Below are positions 34,112 through 44,153 of a DNA stretch of 64,000 nucleotides, piece after piece. The DNA comes from Bacteroidales bacterium. GTDB taxonomy: Bacteria; Bacteroidota; Bacteroidia; Bacteroidales; UBA932. Position 1 is the first letter of the stretch, and every line of letters starts with the position of its first letter. Under the pieces are notes generated by a model, which was not told the origin of the DNA, did not search any database, and saw only the letters and a program-made list of their open reading frames with translations. The DNA is taken from positions 24,724-88,723 of the forward strand of contig JAEDEB010000002.1 of assembly GCA_016293535.1 (NCBI GenBank), read 5' to 3'. The position numbers and the translations under genes are program-made.

Positions 34112-36106
34112 TCATTGTTTTTTCTTCAGTACCATTGCGGTTCGGGACGGGAGGTAGAGCATCAGGTGATGATCATATTTCCCGTTTCCGTTCGGGCTTG
34201 CGCCCGCAATCGAAAAGTGGTCAACCTTGCCGTTCACACGGCTGAAACCGCCGAAAGCCGCGTCATCACTGTCCAATATGACTTTCCACACCCCATCCGG
34301 GGCGGAGAAGCCGTAGTCAGCAAAGGATGATGTGGCGTTGAAATTGAACACAAAGATACAATCTTTGCGGCGGAAGACCAAAATCTTCTTCTCTTCGTCC
34401 TGGACGAGAAGTTCGGGTTTTGCGACGAGAAGTCCGTTTTTCCTGACGAGCCCGACCATTGCCTTGTCGAAGTCCCGGAGGAAGTGGTATCTCAGGTAAT
34501 CCGGGTCGGCCAGTGACCACTGCCGTCTCGCATACTTGTACGACCATCCGTTCCCCTCACGCGGAAAATCTATCCACTCCGGATGTCCGAACTCATTGCC
34601 CATGAAGTTCAGGTATCCGTCCCCGCAGGTGCCTATGGTCGCAAGACGTATCATCTTGTGGAGGGCCATCCCCCTGTCTACGACATCCGACTTGGACTCC
34701 GTATTCATCGAAGTGTACATCTGCGCGTCCATCAGCCTGAAAATGATGGTCTTGTCCCCGACCATCGCCTGGTCGTGGCACTCGGCATAGCTTATCGTCT
34801 TCTCGTCATCCCTCTTGTTGGTAAGCTGCCACCATATCTCGCCCATGCTCCACTGCTCGTCCCTGAGGGTCTTGATCCATTTTATCCAGTTGTCGGCAAC
34901 ACCCATGCTCATGCGGAAATCGAAACCCACTCCGCCCTCGCCGAATGGGGCTGCGAGTCCGGCCATTCCGCTGACATCCTCGGCAATGGTGAGCGCGTCC
35001 GGGCAGATCTCGTGTATGAGCATGTTGGCAAGCGCCAGGTATGAAACCGCATTCTCGTCGACGCCGGCGTTGAAATAGTTGTCGTAGCCGCAGAAATCCT
35101 TCCCGAGTCCATGGTCCCAGTACAACATGCTCGTAACTCCGTCGAAGCGGAAACCGTCGAGCATATATTCCGTCATCCAGAACTTGCAGTTGGAGAGAAG
35201 GAAATACAGGGTCTCATCCTTTCCGTAATCGAAGCATCGTGACCCCCAGGCCGGATGCCGTCCCTGCGGACCCCTGTAGAAATAGAGGTCTTCGCGACCG
35301 TCGAAGAATCCGAGTCCTTCAGCTTCGTTGTCGACGCTGTGGGAATGGACAATGTCCATGACCACTGCAATTCCACGGCCGTGTGCGTCGTCCACCAGGC
35401 GCTTGAACTCCTCGGGCGTGCCGAAACGGGAGCTGAGCGCATAGAAATTCGCAACCTGATAACCGAACGAACCGTAATAAGGATGTTCCTGGAGGGCCAT
35501 TATCTGTATGGTGTCATATCCGAGATCCGCAATGCGCGGAAGCACCGTGGTGCGGAACTCCTCGAAAGTGGCGACCTTCTCCTGCTCCGAGCTCATCCCT
35601 ATGTGGCACTCGTAGATGAGCGGATGCTCCCTCCTGCCGGCACGCTTGTGCTCCCAGCGGTAAGGCTCGGCCGGGTCCCACACCTGAGCGCAGAAGAGTT
35701 TGGTCTCCGGGTCCTGGACAGCCCTTGTGGCATAGGCAGGAATGCGCTCTCCGGCCCCTCCGGGCCATTCGATGAAGAGTTTGTACAGTTCCCCGTGGGA
35801 AAGGAACATTGCGGGGAGCCTTATCTCCCAGTTTCCGTCACCGCAGGGATGGAGCGCATAGGCATCGCTGCGGCGCCAGTTGTTGAACTCGCCTACGAGA
35901 TAGATCCGCGTGGCATTCGGAGCCCATTCGCGGAACACCCAAGAACCGTCGGCTTCTCTGTGGAGGCCGTAATAAATATGGTTGTTGATCCCTTCGGAAA
36001 GCCGGCCATCCCGGGAAATCCTGTCCCTGAGAGCCGAAATCCTTTCGTGGCGTCTGTCAATTGCCTCCTTGTAAGGGAGCAACCATTTGTCGTGGTCGTA
36101 TATCAT
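34112..36106 (-). CDS. glgB: 1,4-alpha-glucan branching enzyme (GH13)
   Basis: 664 aa with GH13 conserved regions DIVHSH, GFRFDGVTSM, IAEDVSG and AECHDQ. Confidence 0.9.
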   Translation of the reverse strand: MIYDHDKWLLPYKEAIDRRHERISALRDRISRDGRLSEGINNHIYYGLHREADGSWVFREWAPNATRIYLVGEFNNWRRSDAYALHPCGDGNWEIRLPAMFLSHGELYKLFIEWPGGAGERIPAYATRAVQDPETKLFCAQVWDPAEPYRWEHKRAGRREHPLIYECHIGMSSEQEKVATFEEFRTTVLPRIADLGYDTIQIMALQEHPYYGSFGYQVANFYALSSRFGTPEEFKRLVDDAHGRGIAVVMDIVHSHSVDNEAEGLGFFDGREDLYFYRGPQGRHPAWGSRCFDYGKDETLYFLLSNCKFWMTEYMLDGFRFDGVTSMLYWDHGLGKDFCGYDNYFNAGVDENAVSYLALANMLIHEICPDALTIAEDVSGMAGLAAPFGEGGVGFDFRMSMGVADNWIKWIKTLRDEQWSMGEIWWQLTNKRDDEKTISYAECHDQAMVGDKTIIFRLMDAQMYTSMNTESKSDVVDRGMALHKMIRLATIGTCGDGYLNFMGNEFGHPEWIDFPREGNGWSYKYARRQWSLADPDYLRYHFLRDFDKAMVGLVRKNGLLVAKPELLVQDEEKKILVFRRKDCIFVFNFNATSSFADYGFSAPDGVWKVILDSDDAAFGGFSRVNGKVDHFSIAGASPNGNGKYDHHLMLYLPSRTAMVLKKKQ

Positions 36107-36173
36107 AGTCCTTCAGTTGGTCCATTATTCTCATTCAGTCCATTTACTGTCCGCGTCCGGGCGCTGTCCCGCC

Positions 36174-36389
36174 CTATATCGCGGACGCCTTGTCGCGCGC
36201 GGTGCGGAGGTAGGCCCGGCAGGCATCCACCAGTTCCTTCGAACGCGAAACGTACTTGTCTATGTCATCCAGGCCTGTGGCAGGATCCTCGGCCTTGGCT
36301 GCAATCGCCTCAAGCTCCTCAACCGCCTTCCCGTAATCGAACTCCTCCTTGTTTTTCATATCCTCTTGAAGATTAATTGTTTCCATCAT
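36174..36389 (-). CDS. xseB: Exodeoxyribonuclease VII small subunit
   Basis: 71 aa, helical, with FDYGKAVEELEAI...L..S.ELV..C motifs, directly downstream of xseA. The start may be Met11 (36359), which would remove the 17-nt overlap. Confidence 0.8.
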   Translation of the reverse strand: MMETINLQEDMKNKEEFDYGKAVEELEAIAAKAEDPATGLDDIDKYVSRSKELVDACRAYLRTARDKASAI

Positions 36390-37509
36390 CTGCTCCTATC
36401 CCGGTCCTGCTGACGACCGATACGCTCACGGTCCCGTCCGGGAACATCAGTTTCATACTCTCTCCCACCACGGTTTCGGAGGCCCTCCTGCGCACCTTCC
36501 CATCCTCTCCGACCGCAAGTATCCAGCCCCTTGCGAGTATGTTCCGGGGATCCGCTGACTTTATGCGGGTTTCGAGATTGGCTATCCTCGACTCCATCAG
36601 GGCAATCTTGTTCAGGAAGGCAAGGCGAAGCCTCGTGCCGCACGAAACAAGCATCTCGTCCTCGCGGGCATAAAGGTCTATGAGCATGGCCGCAAGTGCC
36701 GTAGGTGTCTTCACAAAGCTGTTTGCCACCATATCCGCCACGTGGAAATCCTGGTCGTGTCCCACTGCGGTCACCACAGGAATCGGGCAGCGGGCTATCG
36801 CCGCCGCCATTTCGAATTCGTCGAAGCAGGCAAGGTCAAGGGCGGAGCCACCGCCTCTGACTATGGCCACGATGTCGAAAGGCTGCTCCGCGGCGGATGC
36901 TGCGGCCAGGGCCGCCGCTACCGCGCCGGGGGCGTCCGCCCCCTGCACCGCCGCGGGAAAGAGGCAGGTTTCGAAGACGAAGCCGTAGGGATTCTCCCCC
37001 AGATGACGCATGAAATCCCTGTACCCGGCAGCATCGGCAGCCGATATCACGGCTATCCTGTACGGAAGGGCCGGAAAAGCGAGTCCCTTCTGCAGATCCA
37101 TAAGGCCCTCCTCGGCAAGTCGCTGTATAGTCTTCCTGCGGGCATCCTCCTTTGCCCCGAGGGTAAATTCCGGATCTATGTCCGTTATGACAAGTGAAAA
37201 ACCGTACAGTTCGCTGTAAGTCACCAGAACCTCAAGCAGAACTTCCATCCCCTCGGAAAGCGGGGAACCGGTCACTTCCCTGAAATAGGGATCAATCTGA
37301 CGCCAGACGGAAACCCAGGCGACCGCCCTTGCCTTCGCGGTAACCCCGTTACGGTCAGACTGGCAAAGTTCGATATAGCAATGGCTGCCCGCACGGGCCT
37401 TCAGGCTGCTGATTTCAGCTTTAACCCACACCCTCGAGGGGAATGACTCCCCAATGCTCTCCCTGACACGCAACTGCAATTCCAGCAAATCCAGAAAATC
37501 TCTTTCCAT
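36373..37509 (-). CDS. xseA: Exodeoxyribonuclease VII large subunit
   Basis: 378 aa. N-terminal OB-fold region (VWVKAEIS) and catalytic-region motif IVRGGGSALDLACFD. Confidence 0.85.
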   Translation of the reverse strand: MERDFLDLLELQLRVRESIGESFPSRVWVKAEISSLKARAGSHCYIELCQSDRNGVTAKARAVAWVSVWRQIDPYFREVTGSPLSEGMEVLLEVLVTYSELYGFSLVITDIDPEFTLGAKEDARRKTIQRLAEEGLMDLQKGLAFPALPYRIAVISAADAAGYRDFMRHLGENPYGFVFETCLFPAAVQGADAPGAVAAALAAASAAEQPFDIVAIVRGGGSALDLACFDEFEMAAAIARCPIPVVTAVGHDQDFHVADMVANSFVKTPTALAAMLIDLYAREDEMLVSCGTRLRLAFLNKIALMESRIANLETRIKSADPRNILARGWILAVGEDGKVRRRASETVVGESMKLMFPDGTVSVSVVSRTGIGADDGNN

Positions 37510-37526
37510 AGCTCTATTTTACCTTA

Positions 37527-37534
37527 CAAAAATA
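37527..37534 (-). promoter_or_regulatory. Candidate -7 promoter box TATTTTTG for xseA
   Basis: The minus strand matches TAnnTTTG about 18 nt upstream of the xseA ATG. Confidence 0.35.
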
Positions 37535-37547
37535 GCAAAAAAAGCAT

Positions 37548-37555
37548 TACCTTTG
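37548..37555 (+). promoter_or_regulatory. Candidate -7 promoter box TACCTTTG for engB-prs-der
   Basis: Matches TAnnTTTG about 24 nt upstream of the ATG at 37579. Confidence 0.4.
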
Positions 37556-37578
37556 CCGCCAGTCAGAAAAACCACAGG

Positions 37579-38196
37579 ATGAAAATCACCGAAGCACTTT
37601 TCGCCGGCAGCAGCACTCGGGTGACGGAGAGACCGAAGCAGTCTTTTCCCGAGTTCGCATTCATCGGACGGTCGAATGTGGGAAAGTCTTCCCTGATAAA
37701 CATGCTCTGCGGAAACCGCAAGCTGGCGATGACCTCCAGCAAGCCCGGCAAGACAAAACTGGTGAACCACTTTCTGATTAACAGGAAGTGGTATCTTGTT
37801 GATTTGCCAGGCTACGGATATGCCAAGATGTCCGAAAGCGGACGCCGGCAGATTCAGCAGGTCATCAGGAATTATCTCAATCTCTCCCCTGACCTGATAC
37901 TGCTTTTCGTCCTCATGGACTCGCGGCACGATGTCGCAAAGGCAGACATCGAGTTCCTGAACGAGCTTGGGGAGAGCAATATCCCCTTTGCAATTATCTT
38001 CACCAAGGCGGACAAACAGGGTCCCAACGTACTCAGGGCCCAGGTGGAGAAGAACAAACTTCAGATTCTGGAATTCTGGGAAGAACTGCCTCCTGTCTTC
38101 ATCTCCTCGTCAGAGACCGGAGCCGGAAGGGAGGAAATCCTGGATTACATAGGAACAGTACTTGACAACTTAAACTCACAGGAAACGAAGCAATGA
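37579..38196 (+). CDS. engB: Ribosome biogenesis GTP-binding protein YihA/YsxC
   Basis: 205 aa. G1 GRSNVGKSS, DLPGYGYAK and TKADK (G4). Confidence 0.9.
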   Translation: MKITEALFAGSSTRVTERPKQSFPEFAFIGRSNVGKSSLINMLCGNRKLAMTSSKPGKTKLVNHFLINRKWYLVDLPGYGYAKMSESGRRQIQQVIRNYLNLSPDLILLFVLMDSRHDVAKADIEFLNELGESNIPFAIIFTKADKQGPNVLRAQVEKNKLQILEFWEELPPVFISSSETGAGREEILDYIGTVLDNLNSQETKQ

Positions 38197-39143
38197 ACAA
38201 CCTGCACCAAATGAAGGTTTTCGCCTGCCGGAACTCCAAGACCTTCGGAGAAAACGTGGCGAAGTATCTCGGAACAACCCTTGGAGAAGTAACCCTTGAC
38301 GTGTTCAGCGACGGAGAGATGCAGCCTATGTACAACAACAGCATCAGGGGAGCGACCGTATTCATCATCCAGTCCACCTGCCCGCCGGCTGACAATCTGA
38401 TGGAACTGCTCCTTATGATAGACGCCGCCAAGAGGGCTTCCGCCTACAAGGTCATAGCTGTTCTCCCATACTTCGGATGGGCCCGTCAGGACCGCAAGGA
38501 CCGCCCACGCGTTTCCATAGGAGCAAAGCTCGTTGCAAACCTTCTGCATGCGGCCGGAGCCGACAGGGTGATGACCTGCGACCTCCACGCTGACCAGATC
38601 CAGGGCTTCTTCGATTTCCCTGTGGACCATATCTACGCAAGCACGGTGTTCATCCCGTTCATCAAGAGGATGAATCTCGACAACCTCGCAATCGCATCCC
38701 CTGACATGGGCGGAGCGAAGAGGGCCAACATATATGCCAAGTATCTCCATTGCCCTGTGATCATCTGCCACAAGACGAGGGCCAAGGCTAATGTCGTGGA
38801 CACCATCACCGCAATAGGTGATGTGGAAGGGAAGAACATCATCATAGTCGACGACATGGCGGACACCGCGGGCACTCTCTGCAAGGCTGCCAACGTCCTC
38901 AAGGATCTCGGCGCAAAGAGCGTACGCGCCTGCATCACCCACCCCATACTTTCGGGCCCGGCATACGAAAGAATCGCGGAGTCCCAGCTCGAGGAACTCA
39001 TAGTGTCCAACACCCTCGGACTCTCGGACGACCCGGCCAAGGATAAGTCCAAGATTACCGTCGTTCCTCTCGAGGAAACCTTCGCGAAGATTATGAAGAA
39101 CGTTTACAATTATCAGCCTATCTCCCCGGAGATGACTTTCTAG
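38193..39143 (+). CDS. prs: Ribose-phosphate pyrophosphokinase
   Basis: 316 aa. DLHADQIQGFF and the PRPP-binding loop IVDDMADTAGT. Confidence 0.95.
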   Translation: MNNLHQMKVFACRNSKTFGENVAKYLGTTLGEVTLDVFSDGEMQPMYNNSIRGATVFIIQSTCPPADNLMELLLMIDAAKRASAYKVIAVLPYFGWARQDRKDRPRVSIGAKLVANLLHAAGADRVMTCDLHADQIQGFFDFPVDHIYASTVFIPFIKRMNLDNLAIASPDMGGAKRANIYAKYLHCPVIICHKTRAKANVVDTITAIGDVEGKNIIIVDDMADTAGTLCKAANVLKDLGAKSVRACITHPILSGPAYERIAESQLEELIVSNTLGLSDDPAKDKSKITVVPLEETFAKIMKNVYNYQPISPEMTF

Positions 39144-39144
39144 A

Positions 39145-39408
39145 ATGAAGATTTTTCTTGTCACCCTGGCCCTCGTGGCCCTTTGCGTCGTCGGATTGTG
39201 CTTCAATATCATTTTCCGCAAGGATGGACGTTTCCCCGACACGGAGGTCAGCAGCAACAAGGAAATGAAAAAACTCGGAATCCGCTGCGCTAAGGAGGAG
39301 GAACTCCGCCTGTGGGGCCGGAAGACCGGAAAGAAACCTGTCTGCGACGAGGCCGCGTGCAGCAGCTGCGCAGGATGCGGGTTTCGCGATACGGAGGAAA
39401 AATTATGA
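39145..39408 (+). CDS. Small Cys-rich membrane protein (hypothetical)
   Basis: 87 aa. One N-terminal TM helix, a basic middle region and a C-terminal C-x4-C-x2-C-x2-C cluster ([13 protein letters not shown]). Wedged between prs (1-nt gap) and der (4-nt overlap). Confidence 0.4.
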   Translation: MKIFLVTLALVALCVVGLCFNIIFRKDGRFPDTEVSSNKEMKKLGIRCAKEEELRLWGRKTGKKPVCDEAACSSCAGCGFRDTEEKL

Positions 39409-40712
39409 GTCTTGTAGCTATTGTAGGCCGTCCCAATGTCGGCAAGTCGACCCTTTTCAACCGCCTCGTGGGAATGAGGCAGGCCATCGTGGACGAAACT
39501 GCCGGAGTGACCAGGGACCGCCATTACGGAAAGAGCGAATGGTGCGGTCGTGAATTCTCCGTCGTGGACACGGGAGGATACACTTCCAATTCCGACGATG
39601 TCTTCGAGGAGGAGATACGCAAGCAGGTCGTGCTCGCCATCGAGGAAGCCGACCTCGTACTCTTCATGGTGGAGGCCCAGACCGGAGTCACCGATTACGA
39701 TGCCGAAATCGCGGAACTTCTCCGCAAGAGCGGCAAGCCTGTCGTGCTGTGCTGCAACAAGGTAGACTCGGGGGAAAAGATATACGGGGCCTACGATTTC
39801 TACTCGCTGGGACTGGGTGAGGTATGGAGCATTTCCGCAGCCAACGGCGGAGGGACGGGAGACCTCCTCGACGAGATATGCCGCAGGCTCCCTGAGGACA
39901 CCGGGCCGGCGGACGGGCATCCTGAGCTTCCCCACATCGCCATAGTGGGCAAGCCGAACGTTGGCAAGTCGTCGATGACCAATGCCCTGCTCGGAACCGA
40001 AAGGAACATAGTCACCCCCGTGGCGGGAACCACCCGCGACTCCATCGCGACTCTCTACAACAAATTCGGTTACGAGTTCATGCTTGTGGACACCGCCGGA
40101 ATGAGGAAGAAGAGCAAGGTCCACGAGGACCTCGAGTTCTACTCCGTGATGAGGGCAATACGCTCCATCGAACACTCCGACGTGTGCATACTGATGATCG
40201 ATGCACAGACCGGCATCGAGGCTCAGGACATGGCCATATTCAACCTCATCCAGAAGAACAGGAAGGGCTGCGTGGTCGTCGTCAACAAATGGGATACAGT
40301 CGAGAAGGACAACAACACGATGAAACAGTACACCGAGGCCATCAGGTCGCGGCTCGCACCTTTCAACGACATTCCAATCGTATTCACCTCCGTCATCAAC
40401 AGGCAGAGGATAATGAACGTGCTGGACGAAGCCATGCACGTATACGGAAACTACTCCAAGAAGATCAGCACCTCAGTCCTCAACGAGGAGATGCTGCCGG
40501 AGATAGAGAACTATCCTCCACCGGCATGGAAGGGAAAGTACATAAAGATAAAGTACGCCACCCAGCTTCCGACCAAGTTCCCTTGCTTCGCATTTTTCTG
40601 CAACCTTCCCCAGTACATCAGGGAGCCGTACCGGAGATTCGTGGAGAACAGACTCAGGGAGAAGTTCGATTTCACGGGCTGCCCTGTCCAGATTTACTTC
40701 AGGCAGAAGTAG
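39405..40712 (+). CDS. der: Ribosome biogenesis GTPase Der (EngA)
   Basis: Start taken at [16 protein letters not shown] (Met32 of the track ORF). Two tandem GTPase domains ([18 protein letters not shown]; NKVD, NKWD) plus a KH-like C-terminus. Confidence 0.95.
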   Translation: MSLVAIVGRPNVGKSTLFNRLVGMRQAIVDETAGVTRDRHYGKSEWCGREFSVVDTGGYTSNSDDVFEEEIRKQVVLAIEEADLVLFMVEAQTGVTDYDAEIAELLRKSGKPVVLCCNKVDSGEKIYGAYDFYSLGLGEVWSISAANGGGTGDLLDEICRRLPEDTGPADGHPELPHIAIVGKPNVGKSSMTNALLGTERNIVTPVAGTTRDSIATLYNKFGYEFMLVDTAGMRKKSKVHEDLEFYSVMRAIRSIEHSDVCILMIDAQTGIEAQDMAIFNLIQKNRKGCVVVVNKWDTVEKDNNTMKQYTEAIRSRLAPFNDIPIVFTSVINRQRIMNVLDEAMHVYGNYSKKISTSVLNEEMLPEIENYPPPAWKGKYIKIKYATQLPTKFPCFAFFCNLPQYIREPYRRFVENRLREKFDFTGCPVQIYFRQK

Positions 40713-40715
40713 AAA

Positions 40716-42140
40716 TCAGAAACGGGAAAAAATAGCCTTCCGCGCCGCTGCGCTCAGAACTGCAGTACGTGCGAGAAGATGCGCGAAATATGCGGCCATC
40801 AGCAGATGGGCCGCTTTTTCGTATGTGGCGCCGGGGAGTGAGCCCGGCATGTCGGGATAGAAGAAGAATGCACCAAAGAACCAGACGGCGAAGAATGCCG
40901 CGACCGCCCAGACCATACACTGGCGTATGTACTTCGTACATGTGGCACCTACGTAGATTCCGTCCCAGGCGAAGGCTCCGACGCCGGCGAGGGGCATGAG
41001 CAGCAGCCACGGAAGGTATGCACGCGCAGCATCCACGACCACGGGATCCGAGGTCATCATGCGGAGCATAGGTACGCCGCCAAGACCGTAGGCAAGCATG
41101 AACACTGCGGACAGTCCGGCACACCAGACAAAATTCCATCGCACAGAAAGCCTGAGGCCCTCCCCGTCGCCCGCGCCTATGTAGCGGCCTGTCATGGCCT
41201 CACCCGCATAGGCGAAACCGTCCGAGAAATATGAGAAAATCATCAGCAGTTTCATCATTATGGTAGTAACTGCAAGAAGGACATCCCCGAGACGGGCCGA
41301 AATCATCGTAAACCCCACGTAAACCGCTATGAAACAAAGGCTTCTTACAAAAATGTCGGCATTCATAGAGAAAAGCTTCGCATTGTTGCCCGAGCGCAGC
41401 GCGGTGGCAAGGGAGGTATCCCGAAAACACTCCGTGAAGATGCGGCGATACTTGAAAAGAACGAGGGAGACGGCGCAAAGCAGACCCGCATACTGAGCGG
41501 CGAGGGTTCCCCACGCTATGCCTTCAAAGCCAAGACCCTTCCACAACGGCGCTGCGGCCCCCACCGGCGGGATGCCCAGGGAAAGAACGACCGAGGCCAC
41601 GATGTTGACACCGTTGACTACAAGGTCGGTGATCATAGCGCTGACACCGTCCTGCATACCTATGAACCAGCCCTTGAAGGCCATGAGCGAGAGAGTTGCG
41701 GGGGCAGCCCAGATCCTTATGCGGAAATAGCTGCGCGCAAGGGTCTCCACCTCGGGGGTGCATCTGACGACAAGGAAGGCCAGCTGTACGAAAAACCATT
41801 GGATCAGGATGAGAAACAGGGCTGCGGCAAGGGCAAGGGAGAGGCTTCTCGCGAGTATGCCTGCACACTCTTTCCTGTCCCCCGCTCCCCAGGCCTGGGC
41901 TGTCAGCCCTCCCGTGGAGATGCGGAGGAAACCGAAATTCCAGTAGAGCAGGTCAAAGAGCATGGTGCCTATGGCTATGCCGCCGATGAGGGCGGCCGTG
42001 CCTGCGCCCTGCGAGGACAGGTCCAGGTGCCCGGCCACGCCCAGATCGACCATGCCCACAAGGGGCACAGTCATGTTGGCGAGTATGCTCGGAAGGGCAA
42101 GCCTTAGAATCTCCCTGTTGACTGCTGCGCTCCTGCCCAT
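40716..42140 (-). CDS. MATE family efflux transporter
   Basis: 474 aa with about 12 TM helices. N-terminal REILRLALPSILANMTVPLVGMVD is typical of MATE/NorM-like pumps. Confidence 0.85.
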   Translation of the reverse strand: MGRSAAVNREILRLALPSILANMTVPLVGMVDLGVAGHLDLSSQGAGTAALIGGIAIGTMLFDLLYWNFGFLRISTGGLTAQAWGAGDRKECAGILARSLSLALAAALFLILIQWFFVQLAFLVVRCTPEVETLARSYFRIRIWAAPATLSLMAFKGWFIGMQDGVSAMITDLVVNGVNIVASVVLSLGIPPVGAAAPLWKGLGFEGIAWGTLAAQYAGLLCAVSLVLFKYRRIFTECFRDTSLATALRSGNNAKLFSMNADIFVRSLCFIAVYVGFTMISARLGDVLLAVTTIMMKLLMIFSYFSDGFAYAGEAMTGRYIGAGDGEGLRLSVRWNFVWCAGLSAVFMLAYGLGGVPMLRMMTSDPVVVDAARAYLPWLLLMPLAGVGAFAWDGIYVGATCTKYIRQCMVWAVAAFFAVWFFGAFFFYPDMPGSLPGATYEKAAHLLMAAYFAHLLARTAVLSAAARKAIFSRF

Positions 42141-42143
42141 TCT

Positions 42144-43091
42144 CTACCTGTATTTTCCTTCTGAAGAATCCTCGAGCATCCCCAGATATGAGCTGTAGCG
42201 TTCAGGGGCTATCCGGCCCTCCTCCATAGCAAGCTTGACCGCACAGCCCGGCTCGTGGGTATGGGTGCAGGGCGTGAACCTGCAGCCCCGGGATTCCCTG
42301 AGCATTTCGGGGAAATAGAGGGGTATCTCCTCCCGGGTGAGGTCAACCAGACCGAAGCCCCTGATGCCCGGGGTGTCGATTATGAATTCACCTGCTGAAG
42401 TCCTGTACATCTCGTAGAAAGTGGTGGTGTGGCGTCCCTGGAGATGAGCGTCCGAAATCTCGGCCGTACGGGGATCCAGAGACGGGTCGAGGGCCTTGAT
42501 GATGGAAGACTTGCCCACCCCGGACTCTCCTGAGAAGAGGGAGACACCTTCGGCGCAGAGGGCATGAATGCGGCCGATGCCCTCGCCGGTTCTGGCTGAG
42601 ACCTCGATTACGTCGTAGCCTGCAAGCGAGTATATCTTGTGGAAATTGTCGAGGACCGGAGCAAAATCCTCCGCGAATTCTCCCCGGAAAATGTCTGTCT
42701 TGTTCAGGACTATGACCGGCCTGACCCCATAGACCTCGCAGGTCACGAGAAGGCGGTCGAGAAATGGGAGTTTCAATTCGGGGAAGGCGAGAGTCACGAC
42801 AAGGAAGGCCCTGTCTATGTTGGCCGCGATGACGTGGTTCTGACGGGACAGGTTGGTGGACTTGCGTATGAGATAGTTGCGGCGGGGATGGACCGCGGTT
42901 ATCGCCGCCGTGCCCTCCGGACCGTCCGTCTCGTAGTCCACAATGTCCCCTACGGCCACCGGATTGGTGGCGGAACCACCCCTGAGGCGTATCCTGCCTC
43001 TGAGCACTGCCGGGAAAAGTTCCCACTGAGGGAGCTCCGAGAGGAGATAATGGCTCCCCGTATGCTTGATTACCGTTGCCGTACCTTTCAT
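42144..43091 (-). CDS. rsgA: Ribosome small-subunit-dependent GTPase A
   Basis: Start taken at MKGTATVIKHTG (Met102 of the track ORF). Circularly permuted GTPase (LNKTD precedes GESGVGKSS) and a C-terminal zinc motif CRFTPCTHTHEPGC. Confidence 0.9.
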   Translation of the reverse strand: MKGTATVIKHTGSHYLLSELPQWELFPAVLRGRIRLRGGSATNPVAVGDIVDYETDGPEGTAAITAVHPRRNYLIRKSTNLSRQNHVIAANIDRAFLVVTLAFPELKLPFLDRLLVTCEVYGVRPVIVLNKTDIFRGEFAEDFAPVLDNFHKIYSLAGYDVIEVSARTGEGIGRIHALCAEGVSLFSGESGVGKSSIIKALDPSLDPRTAEISDAHLQGRHTTTFYEMYRTSAGEFIIDTPGIRGFGLVDLTREEIPLYFPEMLRESRGCRFTPCTHTHEPGCAVKLAMEEGRIAPERYSSYLGMLEDSSEGKYR

Positions 43092-43127
43092 CGCCGGCAA
43101 AGATACGCAAATGAGCGAAAAGATTCC

Positions 43128-43135
43128 TAAATTTG
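43128..43135 (+). promoter_or_regulatory. Candidate -7 promoter box TAAATTTG
   Basis: Matches TAnnTTTG about 23 nt upstream of the ATG at 43158. Confidence 0.4.
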
Positions 43136-43157
43136 CGCGATTCCAATTCACCGACTT

Positions 43158-44147
43158 ATGATTACCGAAATCCAGATTGACGCAGCAATACGGAAAATGT
43201 TCGACGAAATGTCGTTCAAAGCCGAACCGGCCGGACTCTATGACCCTCTCAGATATATGATAGCCATAGGAGGCAAGAGGATACGTCCACGACTGTGCCT
43301 GCTCGCCTATTCCCTCTTCAAGGACGAACTCGGCGAAGAGATACTCGAGCCCGCAAGCGCGCTCGAGGTTTTCCACACCTTCACGCTCATCCACGACGAC
43401 ATCATGGACAAGTCGGCGCTGCGGAGGGGACAGGCTACGGTATGGACCCGCTGGAATGACGACACGGCCATACTGTCGGGCGACGTGATGTGCATCGACA
43501 GTTACCGCCGGATGGCCGCCGCGCCCGCGCCCGTGCTCGGAAAGGTGCTCGGCCTGTTCAACCTTACCGCCGCCCAGGTCTGCGAAGGACAGCAGTACGA
43601 TATGGACTTCGAAGATATGGACAGGGTGCCGATGTCGGAATATATGAAGATGATAGGGCTCAAGACCGCGGTGCTCATCGCATGCTCCGCCAAGACGGGC
43701 GCCATCATAGGGGGTGCATCCGCAAGGGACGCCGGACTGCTTTACGACTACGGCTACAAGCTCGGGCTGGCCTTCCAGATTGCGGATGACTGGCTGGACG
43801 CCTATGGGGACGAGAAGGTGTTCGGCAAACCTATAGGAGGGGACATAGTCAACAACAAGAAATGCTGGCTCACCACCTACGCACAGGAGAAACTGGAAGG
43901 CACGGCAGAGGGTGAAGAACTGGGCAGGGCGATGAAGATGCCGGTAACCACGGCTGAAGAAAGGGCCCGGAAGATTGCCGCGGTCAGGAAGATTTATGAA
44001 TTGACAGGCGCCGGTGATGCGGCGAGGGAGGAGATTGAAAGGCTCACGGGCGAGGCCCTCTCAGCGGTGGCCGGGATCGGACTTCCGAAGATAAGGTTCG
44101 AGATGCTCAGACGATATGCCGACAGCCTTGTCGGACGGACAAGATAG
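43158..44147 (+). CDS. Polyprenyl diphosphate synthase family protein
   Basis: 329 aa with first and second Asp-rich motifs LIHDDIMD and IADDWLD. Confidence 0.9.
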   Translation: MITEIQIDAAIRKMFDEMSFKAEPAGLYDPLRYMIAIGGKRIRPRLCLLAYSLFKDELGEEILEPASALEVFHTFTLIHDDIMDKSALRRGQATVWTRWNDDTAILSGDVMCIDSYRRMAAAPAPVLGKVLGLFNLTAAQVCEGQQYDMDFEDMDRVPMSEYMKMIGLKTAVLIACSAKTGAIIGGASARDAGLLYDYGYKLGLAFQIADDWLDAYGDEKVFGKPIGGDIVNNKKCWLTTYAQEKLEGTAEGEELGRAMKMPVTTAEERARKIAAVRKIYELTGAGDAAREEIERLTGEALSAVAGIGLPKIRFEMLRRYADSLVGRTR

Positions 44148-44153
44148 GACGCA

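Noticed and set aside
38145-40439. 764-aa minus-strand ORF antisense to prs, the small ORF and der
   Set aside because: Same shadow-frame explanation. The sense-strand genes carry unambiguous catalytic motifs, and the antisense product has none.
43092-43394. N-terminal extensions of track ORFs: rsgA +101 aa, gamma-CA-like 4620-4706, Ig-repeat lipoprotein 59242-59340, phosphoesterase 61522-61620, der 39312-39404
   Set aside because: The extensions precede the conserved N-termini or signal peptides, overlap neighbouring genes or promoter boxes, and have atypical composition. Internal Met starts give canonical protein lengths.
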